This document shows positions 1-11,600 of a stretch of DNA of 64,000 bases, piece by piece. The position numbers and the translations under genes were made by a program. The first letter of the stretch is position 1, and each line of letters begins with the position of its first letter. Source of the stretch: Centroscyllium fabricii (lineage: Eukaryota); contig JBNRSN020000002.1 of assembly GCA_051313645.2 (NCBI GenBank), positions 319,858,001 through 319,922,000 of the forward strand, written 5' to 3'. The notes under the pieces are model-generated. The model had not been told where the DNA came from. It searched no databases and saw nothing but the letters and a program-made list of their open reading frames with translations.

Positions 1-151
1 TGAGCCACGAGGAGCAGGCTCTTTTAAACTGCCCGCTCGCTTCTGACCTCATCACGCCGAGAGACGTGGTGACGTCATCGCGTCACCCGGTGGGCGGGGC
101 TATGCCCCGCAGTACTCCCGAGGCGGATTCGCCAGCCGGCGGTCCGCTACA
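1..151 (-). mobile_element. LTR (5' portion, runs off the window), related to the CsRn1-type LTR at 62895-63139
   Basis: Minus strand starts TGTAGCGG at 151. Shares CGAATCCGCC, CCGGGTGACGCGA.GACGTCA.CACGTC and GTTTAAA blocks with 62895-63139. CR1 RT sequence (YINDLD) resumes at 152. Confidence 0.75.
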
Positions 152-1122
152 CTACATTAATGATCTGGATATGAATGTAAAAGGTATGATCAGTAAGTTC
201 GCAGATAACACGAAAATTGTTGGGGTGGTAAATAGTGAGGAAGGAAGCCTCAGTCTACAGGACAATATAGATGAGTTGGTCAGATGGGTGGAACAGTGAC
301 AAATGGAATTTAACCCTGAAAAGTGTGAGGTGATGCATTTTGGAAGGATTAACAAGGCAAGGGAATACACAATGAATGGTAGGACGCTAGGGAAGACAGA
401 GGATCAGAGGGACCTTGGTGTGCATGTACATAGATCCTTGAAGGCAGCAGGACAGGTGGATAAGGTGGTTAAAAAGGCATATGGGATACTTGTCTTTATT
501 AGCCGAGGCATACAATATAAGAGCAGGGAGGTTATGATGGAGCTGTACAAAACGCTGGTAAGGCCACAGCTGGAGTACTGTGTGCAGTTCTGGTCGCCGC
601 ACTATAGGAAGGATGTGATTGCTTTGGAGAGGGTGCAGAGGAGATTCACCAGGATTTTACCTGGGCTGGAGTGCTTCAGCTATGAAGAAAGACTGGACAG
701 GCTGGGGTTGTTTTCCTTGGAGCAGAAAAGGCTGAGGGGGGACCTGATTGAGGTGTACAAAATTATGAGGGGCATAGATAGGATAGATAGAAAGGAACTT
801 TTTCCCTTAGTGGAGGGGTCAATAACAAGGGGGCATAGTTTCAAGGTAAGGGGCAGGAGGTTTAGAGGGGATTTGAGGAAGAATTTTTTCACCCAGAGGG
901 TGGTTGGAATCTGGAACTCACTGCCTGAAAGGGTGGTCGAGGCAGGAACCCTCACAACATTCAAGAAGCATTTAGATGAGCACTTTAAATGCCATAGCAT
1001 ACAAGGCTACGGACCAAATGCTGGAAAATGGGATTAGAACAGACAGGGCTTGATGGTCAGCGCGGACGTGAGGGGCTGAAGGGCCGCTTTCTGTGCTGTA
1101 TAACTCTATGAATCTATGACTC
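152..1122 (+). mobile_element. CR1 LINE, 3' part of ORF2 plus 3'UTR
   Basis: [36 protein letters not shown] and FFTQRVVGIWNSLP motifs (ORFs 66..299, 303..1037); ends in CTATGA-type tandem tail. Confidence 0.92.
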
Positions 1123-1127
1123 AATAT

Positions 1128-1310
1128 CTATCAACCAACATCATTAAAACAGATTATCGTGTCATTATCTCATTGCTGTTTGTGGGACCTTACACTGTGC
1201 AATTTGGCTGCCACATTTCATACATTTGAACAGTGACTACACTTCAAAAATGATTTGATTGGCTACAAAGCGCTTTGGGAGGTCGTGAGTTCGTAAAAGG
1301 CACTATATAC
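1128..1310 (+). mobile_element. Deu-domain SINE (AmnSINE1/SacSINE1-like) 3' fragment
   Basis: Contains CATTGCTGTTTGTGGGA..AATTTGGCTGCC..ACAGTGACTACACTTCAAAA..ATTGGCT..AAAGCGCTTTGGGA..AAAGGCACTATATA, recalled as the AmnSINE1-type 3' region with L2-like tail. Confidence 0.65.
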
Positions 1311-3940
1311 AGAGAGGGTTAATGAGGACAATGCGGTTGACGTGGTGTACATGGACTTCCAAATGGCCATGGAATAAAAGGGACAGTGGCAGCATGGATA
1401 CAAAATTGGCTAAGTGACAGGAAAGAGAGAATAGTCGTGAACGGTTGTTTTTCGGACTGGAGGAAGGTATACAGTGGTGTTCCCCCAGGGTCGGTACTCG
1501 GACAACTGCTTTTCTTGATGTATATTAATGCCTTGGACTTGGGTGTACAGGGCACAATTTCAAAATTTGCAGATGAAACAAAACTTTGAAGTATAGTGAA
1601 CAATGAGGAGGATAGCGATAGACTTCAAGAGGACACAGCCAGGCTGGTGGAATGGGCGGACACATTGCAGATTAAATTTAATGCACAAAAGTGCGAAGTG
1701 ATATATTTTGAAAGGAAGAACGAGGAGAAGCAATATAAACTAAAGGGTACAATTCGAAAGTGGGTGCATGGACAGAGAGACATAGAAACATAGAAGATAG
1801 GAGCAGCAGTAAGCCATTCAGCCCTTCGAGCCTGCTCCGCCATTCAATTAGATCATGACTGATCTTTCAGATTCAGTACCCTGTCCCTGCCTTCTCCCCA
1901 TATCCCTTGATCCCTTCAGCCTGAAGAAATATATCCAACTCCTTCTTGAATATGTTTAATGAACCGGCCTCTACCACCCTCTGTGGCAGAAAATTCCACA
2001 GGTTCCCCACTCTCTGGGTGAAGAAATTCCCCCTCATCTCAGTCCGAAATGGCTTTCCCCTTATCCTTAGACTATGGCCCCTGGTTCTGGACTCCCCTTT
2101 CATCAGAAACATTCTTCCTGCATCCAGTCTGTCCAGGCCTGACAGAATTTTATAGGTTTCGATGAGATCCCCTCTCAATCGTCTGAACTCCTGTGAGTAT
2201 AAGCCCAATCGACTCAAACTCTCTCCATACGTCATTCCTGCCATCCCAGTTATCAGCCTGGTGAATCTTCGCTGCACTCCTTCCATGGCATGAACGTTCT
2301 TCCTCAGATGAGGCGACCAAAACTGCACAATACTCGAGGTGTGGGCTCACCAAGGTCCTGTAGAGCTGCAGCAAGACATCCTTATTCTTATATTCGAACC
2401 CTCTTGCTACGAAGGCCAACATACCATTTGCCTTCTTAACCGCCTGTTGCACCTGCATGCCTACCTTCAGTGACTGGTGCACAAGAACACCCAGGACTCT
2501 TTGCACTTCCCTATCTCCCAATCTATTGCCATTCAAATAATAATCTGCCTTCCTGTTTTTGTCACCAAAGTGGATAACCTCACATTTATCCACATTATAG
2601 TGCATTTGCCATGTATCTGCCCAATCCCCCAACCTGTCCAAATCGCATTGGAGTTTCTCGACATCCTCCTCACAGCATACCCTCCCACCCAGCTTTGTGT
2701 CGTCTGCAAATTTGGAGATATTACATCCAATTCCCTCGTCCAGATCATTCATATATATTGAGAACAGCTGGGGTCCTAGGACCGATCCTTGCGGTACCCC
2801 ACTAGTCACTGCCCGCCACTCGGAAAACGGCCTGTTGATTCCAACTCTTTGTTTTCTATCTGCCAACCAGCTTTCTATCCAAGTCAATACCTTTCCCCTA
2901 ATCCCATAAACCTTAATTTTGCACGCTAATCTCTTATGAGGGACCTTATCGAAAGCTTTCTGAAAGTCCAAATACACCACGTCTACTAGTTCTCCCCTAT
3001 CTATTTTACCAGTTACATCGTCAAAAAATTCCAGTAGATCAGTCAAGCACGATATACATTTTGTAAATCCATGTTGTTCTGTCCGATCCCGTCACTGTTT
3101 TTCAAGTGTACTGCTATTACATCTTTAATAATGGACTCTCGCATTTTCCCCACTACCTATGTCAGGCTTACTGGTCTATAATTGCCCGCTTTTTCTCTAC
3201 CCCCTTTTTTGAATAGTGGGGTAATGTTAGCTACCCTCCAATCCATGGGTACTGTTCCAGAGTCTATCGAGTTCTGGAAGATGATCAGTAATGCATCTGC
3301 TATCTCCAGGGCCACTTCCTTAAGTACCCTAGGATGTAGATTATCAGACCCTGGGGATTTGTCGGCCTTCAATCCCTTCAACTTCCCCAACACCATATCC
3401 CTACAAATACTGATTTCTATCAGTTCCTCCCTCTCATTAGTCCCTATGTTTCCCGACATCTCTGGGAGGTTATTTGAGTCCTCTTTTGTGAAGACAGAAC
3501 CAAAATATGTATTTAATTGGTCTGCCATTTCCTTGTTCCCCATTATATATTACCCTGATTCAGACTGCAAGACCTGGGGATATATGTACACAAATCGTTG
3601 AAGGTGGCAGGGCAGGTTGAGAAAGCAGTTAAAAAAGCATACGGGATCCTGGGCTTCATAAATAGAGGCAAAAGCAAGGAGGTTATGATGAACTTTATAA
3701 AACACTGGTTTGGTCTCAACTGGAGCATTGTGTCCAATTCTGGGCACTGCACTTTAAGAAGGATGTGAAGGCCTTAGAGAGGGTGCAGAAAAGATTTACA
3801 AGAATGGTTCCAGGGATGAGGGACTTCAATGGTAGACTGGAGAAGCTGGGGTTGTTCTCCTTCGAGCAGAGAAGGTTGAGAGGAGATTTGATAGAGGTGT
3901 TCAAAATTATGAGGGGTCTAGACAGAGTAGATAGAGAGGA
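1311..3940 (+). mobile_element. Degenerate CR1 ORF2 fragment split by an antisense CR1 (about 1780-3568)
   Basis: WIQNWLSDRK, SGVPPGSVLG, SKFADETKL; reading breaks at GQRD (~1780) and resumes GACCTGGGGA near 3570, through LERVQKRFTRMVPG. Confidence 0.85.
1780..3568 (-). mobile_element. 5'-truncated CR1 LINE
   Basis: ORFs 3157..3543, 2150..3046 and 1873..2328 with YLDFQKAFDKVPH, GVPQGSVLGP, KFADDTK; CTATGTTT-type tail at ~1780-1795. Confidence 0.92.
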
Positions 3941-4090
3941 ACGTAAGAACATAAGAAGTAAGAGGAGTAGGCCATTCGACCCTTTGATCCTGCTCCGTCA
4001 TTCAATAAGATCATGGCTGATCATCGACGTCAACTCCACTTTTCCACCGGATCTCCATCTCCCTTGATTCCCTTAGAGTCCAAACATCTA

Positions 4091-4772
4091 TGTCACAGAT
4101 GGCATTCCCCTTTAAGGAATCCATTTTGGAATTCTAGGTTTTGTTTCTCTGTGTTTGTTCATTTGTATCTCAATTAACTGTTTCACATACCTGTGTGTTC
4201 CTGGTTATCAATACCTGCAGCTTATTGGTCAGCACTAAATAATCTGGTTTGCCTGTTTGGCTTATAAGCTGGGTGCTTTGACCAGGCAGGTGCCGGATCA
4301 TTAGACTCTACTTACTACTCATAACTACGAACCATTGGAAGAAGTGGTTGCTGTCTGAGCTGCTGGAGAGGCAATGGGTATGGGCGTTCCCCTGCCTTGT
4401 AGATGATGTATTCTCTTCAGGAAACTCGGGTAGAGTAAAGTCTTAGCTGTGGAGCGGACTTCGGAGAACTACGGTTGTCTACATTCAGGACATTGCACTT
4501 TACCTCCTGAACTCAGGTTTGGACATTCCATTAGTTAAGTAAGGGTGTTCCCCTGCTAAGTTGATTAGGGATTCTTCCTCTGAAGACTCCGTTGGAGTGA
4601 GTTTCGACCGTAGGGCGGACTCGGGAGTATTTGTATGCCATGTAATTATGTTTTGTAACTTCTTGAATGTATGCATGTATGTTTTTTCATTACTGTTTGG
4701 TATATAAAGGATTTGAGACCTAGACAGTTTTATCAGTGTCTTTGCATTTGGGCCCCACACCCCTCCGTTACA
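4091..4772 (+). mobile_element. Solo LTR of a Tf1/sushi-type Gypsy (682 bp)
   Basis: TGTCAC...CCGTTACA termini with 5-bp TSD ATCTA (4086-4090/4773-4777). Shares CCCCTTTAA, TATAAGC, GCC(A/G)GATC(A/G)TT and GCATTTGGGCCC blocks with the LTRs of the two full elements. Confidence 0.9.
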
Positions 4773-5747
4773 ATCTATCTATCTCAGCCTTGAAGATACT
4801 CAACAACTCAGCATTCACAGCCTTCTGGGGCAGAGAATTCCAAAGATTCACAACCCTCTGAGTGAAGAAATTCTTCCTCATCTCGGTCTTAAATGGCCAA
4901 CCCTTTATCCTGAGACTATGCCCCCAGTTCTAGACACTCCAGCCAGGGGAAACAACCTCTCAGCATCTACCCTGTCAATCCTCTTCAGAATCTTATCTGT
5001 TCCAATGAGATCACCTCTCATTCTTCTAAACTCCAGAGAGTATAGGCCCATTCTACACAATCTCCCATCATAGGACAGCCCTCTCATCCCAGGAATCAAT
5101 CTACTGAACCTTCATTACACCGCCTCCAAGGCAAGTATATCCTTCCTTTGATAAGGAGACCAAAACTGTACACAGTACTCCAGGTGTGGTCTCACCAAGG
5201 CCCTGTACAATTGTACCAAGACTTCCTTACTCTTATACTCCAACCTCCTTGCAATAAAGCCAACATGCTATTTGCCTTCCTTATTGCTTGCTGTACCTGC
5301 ATGTTAGCTTTCTGTGTTTCTTGCACGAGGACACTCTCTGAACACCAACATTTGAAAGTTTCTCACCATTTAAAAAATATTCTGCTTTTCTATTCTTCCT
5401 ACCAAAGTGAATAACCTCACATTTCCCTACATCATACTCCATCTGCCATCTTACTGCCCACTAACTTAGTCTATTTATATCCCTTTGCAGACACTTTGTG
5501 TTCTCCTCACAGCTTACTGTCCCACCTAGCTTTGTATCATCAGCAAACTTGGATACATTACACTTTGTCCATTCATCTAGGCCATCAATATAGATTGTAA
5601 ATAGCTGAGGCCCCGACACTGATCCTTGCGGCACCCCACTAGTTACAGCCTGCTAACCTGAAAATGATCCGTTTATCCCTACTCTCTGTTTTCTGTCCGT
5701 TAACCAATCCTCTATCCATGCTACTATATTACCCCCAACCCCATGAG

Positions 5748-6220
5748 ATCGGAGGTGGGAGCAGCGGCTATAAAAGCCGAGAGCACATTGAGGCCCGAGA
5801 CCAGACCGGAGGCGGGAGCAGCGGCTATAAAAGCCGAGAGCACAGTGAGGCCCGAGACCAGACCGGAGGCGGGAGCAGCGGCTTTAAAAGCCGAGAGCAC
5901 AGTGAGGCCCGAGACCAGACCGGAGGCGGGAGCAGCGGAGTAGCGGCTATAAAAGCCGAGAGCACAGCGAGGCCCGAGACCAGACCGGAGGCGGGAGCAG
6001 CCGAGCAGCAGCTATAAAAGCCGAGAGCACAGCGAGGCCCGAGACCAGACCGGAGGCGGGAGCAGCGGAGTAGCGGCTATAAAAGCCGAGAGCACAGTGA
6101 GGCCCGAGACCAGACTGGAGGCGGGAGCAGCGGCTTTAAAAGCCGAGAGCACAGTGAGGCCCGAGACTAGACCAGAGGCGGGAGCAGCGGCTATAAAAGC
6201 CGAGAGCACAGCGAGGCGGG
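5748..6220 (+). repeat. CR1 5'UTR tandem monomers (~8 copies, ~57 bp plus longer variants)
   Basis: Unit GAGACCAGACCGGAGGCGGGAGCAGCGGCTATAAAAGCCGAGAGCACAGTGAGGCCC; some units carry an extra GGAGTAGC. Confidence 0.95.
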
Positions 6221-6689
6221 CTGAGACCCATTCAGCTGCGGGTAGGGAGGTAAAAAATAATCAAAGGGTGATGTCACCAGAAAGCAGGTAAGTGATTGAC
6301 TGGTGAGTATTTTCTCTCTTTTCCCTCTAAATTCTTCTAAACATAAACTTTTGTGGTTTCTTAAGATTACTTAAGCAGTTTAAATAAGCAGTTTAAGTAA
6401 AGGGGAAAAGTTAAATATTTGGGATTCTGTTGGTTTAAGAAGAGTAAAACAAGGAACACTGCAGTAGGAGTAAATTGGCACAGCAGGCAGTGAAAACCAG
6501 TTCTGTAACCAATCAGCAGGGGTGACTCATTTTCTGTGTAGAGTGACTGTTGGTAAACCAGTTAACTGGTGTCATCAGAGGGATTGATGGATTTAATTTA
6601 AATCCTATAAATTAAAGGGGATACTAGCATCAATATTCGGGCAAAGGGTATCCATAACTAACAATAAAACATTTAATTAATTACATAGA

Positions 6690-7643
6690 ATGGAGCAGGT
6701 GATGTGTTACTGTTGCGAGATGTGGGAGCCGGTGGACCCCATTGAGGCTCACGGTGACTATATCTGTGACAAGTGTCTGCTGCTACAGGAACTCCAGCTC
6801 CGTGTTGATGAGATGGAGTCTGAGGTTCAGACACTGCGACACATCAGGGAGGGGGAGAAGTACCTGGACTCTATGTTCGAGGAGGTGGTCACACCTATGA
6901 AGTTAATTAATTCAGATGTAGCCCATGGTCAGGGACAGGATGGTGTGACCACGAGTGAGGCAGGTAGTGGGATCCAGGAGGTTGTGTTGGAGGAGCCGCA
7001 TCCCCTGCTCTTGTCCAACAGGTTCGAGGTTCTTACTCCCTGTGGCGACAGGAGCAGGGACTGCAGGGAGGATGAGCAACCTGGCGACAGCACCATGGAA
7101 CGGGGGGCCATTCAAGAGGGGGGAGTAAGTAGAAATGTTGTAGTGGCAGGGGATAGTATTATTAGGGGGATAGATAGAGTTCTCTGCAGCCGAGAGCGAG
7201 GGTGCCAAAGGCTGTGTTGCCTACCCAGTGCCAGGGTTAAGGACATCTCCTCTGGGCTGGAAAGAAACTTGCAGTGGGAGGGGGTGGATCCAGTTGTTGT
7301 GGTCCATGTTGGTACAAATGACGTAGATAGGACTAGGAAAGAGGTTCTGTTAAAGGAGTATGAGCAGCTAGGGGTTAAATTAAAAAACAGAACCTCAAGG
7401 GTAATAATCTCTTGATTACTACCTGAGCCACGAGCAAATTTGGCTAGGACAAATAAAATTAGAGAGTTGAATGCATGGCTCAAAGGCTGGTGTGGGAGAA
7501 ATGGATTTTGCTTCCTGGGACACTGGCACCAGTACTGGGGCAGGAGGGAGCTGTTCCGTTGGGATGGGCTCCACTTGGCCAGTGCTGGGACTAGAGTCCT
7601 GGCGAATCATATAACTAGGGCTGTAGAGAGGGCTTTAAACTAA
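6690..7643 (+). pseudogene. CR1 ORF1p: Zn-finger/leucine zipper plus SGNH esterase, with in-frame TGA at 7413-7415
   Basis: CxxC..CxxC, heptad coil, VVAGDSIIRG, VHVGTND, DGLHL; ORFs 6690..7415 and 7440..7643 are in the same frame. Confidence 0.9.
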
Positions 7644-8622
7644 CTAGTGGGGGGGAGGTTCCTGGAGAGCAAATAATAAAAATAACAGAGAAGGTCATAG
7701 ACTTAGGTAGCAGTGGGGAAGTTAAAAACCAGATGTGTCAGGAAGGGAGAGAAGGTGTGGACAAAAAAGTAAAGTAATAAAAAAGGAAAAAGCAGGAACA
7801 AAGTGTCACAAAACATATTTGAAAGTTCTCTATCTGAATGCACGTAGCATTCGTAACAAAATAGACAAGTTAATGGCACAAATAACTACATATGGGTATG
7901 ATCTTGTGGCCATTACGGAAACATGGCTGCAGGCTGACAACGCCTGGGAATTAAACATACCAGGTTATTTAATGATCAGGAAGGACAGGCAGGAAGGAAG
8001 GGGAGGTGGGGTGGCTATGTTAATAAAGGAAGGAATCACTGTAATACAGAGAAATGATATTGGGTCAAAAGATCAGGATAATGAAACAGTTTGGGTGGAG
8101 ATAAGGAATAATAAGGGGAAAAAACACTCGAGGGCATAGTCTATAGGCCTCCGAACAGTTGCAACTCTGTTGGACGGAGTATCAATCAAGAAATAGTCGA
8201 GGCTTGTAATAAGGGAACAGCTATAATTATGGGGGATTTTAACTATCATATAAATTGGACAAATCAAATTGGGCAGTGCTGCCTTGAGGATGAGTTCATT
8301 GAGTGTATTAGGGATGGGTTTCTTGAGCAGTATGTAACTGAACCGACCAGGGGGCAAGCAACCTTGGATCTGGTCCTGTGTAATGATACAGGATTAATTT
8401 AAAATGTCCTAGTAAAGGATCCTCTTGGAATGAGTGACCATAACATGGTTGAATTCCATATTCAATTATAGGGTGAGAAGGTTGGATCTCAAACAAGTGT
8501 GCTAAGCTTGAATAAAGGAGACTATGAAGGTATGAGAGAGGATTTAATTAGAGTGGATTGGTAAAACAGATTAAAGGGTAAGACGATACATGATCAGTGG
8601 TGGACATTTAAGGAGTTACTTT

Positions 8623-11600
8623 TGTCATAGGTTGGTTCTTCCCCTTTAACTCTTAGGTTGGCTCTTCCCCTTTAACTGGTTATCACCTCGTTAGCTCCAG
8701 TGCCTGCACCTGATTGAACAGCCCAGATTCACCAGTGGTAATCAAGAGCTGTATATAAGCTCCTACTTTCCACCTAGAGGTTGCCAGATCGTTATTCTTT
8801 CTGACTGTGATACCTGTGTTTAGTTCCTAGCTCTCTGATCCTGTCTGTTCGAGATACTGACCTGCTTACTGGAAATTTGGATTCTCTTCTGCCTGAACTC
8901 TGTTTTGGATTTGTCGCTCCCGTGGACGGACTATCCGGTATTGTACTGTTTCTGAATTTGGATTCTCTTCTGCCTGAACTCTGTTTTGGATTTGTCGCTC
9001 CCGTGGACGGACTACCGTATTGTACTGTTTCTGAATTTGGATTCTCTTCTGCCTGAACTCTGTTTTGGACTTGTTGCCTCCGTGAACTTTCTGCCGTTAT
9101 TGACCCACAAGGTCTCACACCCGAACCCCGGGTCTGGGTCCCGGAGTGTTATGCCGGTGAACCTGAGGAATGCAATCCCTTCCTCACAAACTGTTCCATT
9201 CTTTTTGCATTATCCAGGCGCGTCGACGTGAGAGACGACTGGGAACGACTGGTCGACCTCCTCCGAAACGGTCTCAAGAGATTTTCGTGGCACCCAGGTC
9301 TACTGCGACAGCAAGGTCACAGTCAGTGGAGCCCGAACCTATGCAGTTGGGTCGCACCAGCCTCTCATTGGAGGAGCATGAACGACGCCGCCAGGGGAAT
9401 CTCTGTCTGTACTGTGGCCAGGCCGGCCATTTTGTTTCCCAATGCCCAGCAAAAGGCCGGGCTCAACAATAGATGGGGTCGTACTGGTGAGCCGAACTCC
9501 TACAAGACTCTCTTCCAATCCACGACCCTTGTGCCAGGCCAGACTTCTTCTGCCCAGTGGATCCCAGACTCTCGCCACCTTTATTGACTCTGGAGCCGAC
9601 GTTAACATTATTGATGAGGATCTTGTCACAGAGCTGGAGATTGACCGGGTTCCTCTGCCGCAGCCGGTTCCTGCCAACGCCCTCGACGGTCACCTCCTGG
9701 GAACGGTGACACATCAGACCTCACCGGTTCACATGCTTATGTCGGGTAATCATTATGAAAGTATTCAGTTTCATATTCTGAAATCACCTCGGCTTCCTTT
9801 GATTCTGGGACACACTTGGCTTCGCCGCCACAACCCCCACATTGACTGGAACACGGGAACTATTCTGGGGTGGAGTTCCTACTGTCACCAGGTCTGTCTG
9901 AAACAGGCTACCGTCTCCCGACAGCCATTAACACCTCTTCCCGCTTCTGATCTTTCGGTGGTCCCCACTGAATACCACGATTTTAGGGAGGTATTCAGCA
10001 AGGCTAGAGCCACGTCGCTGCCTCCACATCGCCCCTATGACTGCGTCATTGATCTGCTGCCAGGTTCTTCCCCACCCAAGGGACGCCTGTATTCCTTGTC
10101 TGCACCTGAGAGGGAAGCAATGGAAACGTACATCAGCGACTCTATGGCGGCGGGGATCATCCGTTCCTCTTCATCACCTGCTGGGGCTGGATTCTTTTTT
10201 GTTGGTAAGAAGGACGGGTCGCTGCGACCATGCATCGACTACAGGGGTGTAAGGAGTGTGCATATTGCGACCTTACAGGGGTCTTAATGACATCACGATA
10301 AAGAACCGGTATCCTCTTCCTCTCATCTCTTCTGCCTTTGAGTTGCTACAGGGGGCGATCATCTTTACCAAGCTTGACCTTCGTAACGCCTATCACCTGG
10401 TCCGGATCCGAGAGGGCGATGAATGGAAGACAGCTTTCAACACTCCCTCTGGACATTATGAATACCTCGTAATGCCGTTCGGGTTAACCAACGCCCCGGC
10501 GGTATTCCAAGCCTTGGTGAATGACGTGTTAAGAGACATGCTGAACCGGTTTGTGTTCGTTTACATGGACGACATTTTGATTTTTTCTAAGTCTCGTGAT
10601 GAGCATGTTCACCATGTCCAGACTGTCCTGCAACGGCTTCTCGAGAACTCGTTATTTGTGAAGGCGGAGAAGTGTGAGTTTCACGTCACTACCGTATCTT
10701 TCTTGGGGTACATCATTGCGCAGGGGAGCGTGCAGATGGATCCAGAGAAGGTGTCAGCTGTCGCGTCTTGGCCTATTCCGGAGACACGTAAACAGCTACA
10801 GCGGTTCCTGGGGTTCGCTAACTTCTATCGAAGATTCATTCGCGGCTACAGCACGGTAGCGGCCCCGTTATCGGCCCTTACCTCCTCTAAGGTGCCGTTT
10901 CTGTGGTCTTCTGCAGCGGAGGAGGCTTTTCGAGGTCTCAGGTCCCGGTTCACCTCTGCTCCCATTCTCCAGGTGCCTGATCCGGATCAGCAGTTCGTGG
11001 TAGAGGTGGACGCATCAGATGTTGGAGTAGGGGCTATTCTGTCCCAACATTCTGCTTCCGACCAAAAGCTACATCCCTGTGCCTATTTTTCTAAACACCT
11101 GTCCTCGGCTGAGATGAATTATGACATCGGGAACCGGGAGTTACTGGTGGTCAAGATGGCATTGGAGGAGTGGCGCCATTGGCTAGAGGGGACCAAGCTG
11201 CCGTTCCTAGTCTGGACAGACCATAAGAACCTCGAATACATTCGCACGGCCAAGAGGCTGAATTCACGGCAGGCTAGGTGGTCCCTCTTCTTTACCCGTT
11301 TCAACTTCACCCTCTCCTACCGGCCTGGTTCTCGCAATGTCAAGCCTGATGCTCTGTCCCGCCAGTTCCAGAAGGAGGAGAGTTCCGCTCCTGGATCTGA
11401 CCTCATCCTTCCAGCTCCATGTCTGATTGCTGCCGTTACGTGGGAGATCGAGGAGAGGGTGAGATCAGCCATGGAGAATCAGGCTGGACCCAGCGGTTGT
11501 CCTCCCGACCGTCTATTCGTTCCCAAGGACCTTCGACCTGATGTTCTCCAGTGGGCCCATGCTTCCAAGCTTTCCTGCCATCCGGGGACTCAAAGGACCA

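Noticed and set aside
5748-6220. CRISPR-like repeat array
   Set aside because: Units are contiguous with no unique spacers, there are no cas genes, the context is vertebrate, and the array is the CR1 5'UTR.
7413-7415. Selenocysteine codon
   Set aside because: The homologous residue is Gly, not Cys, and no SECIS was recognised; kept only as a shared-stop finding.
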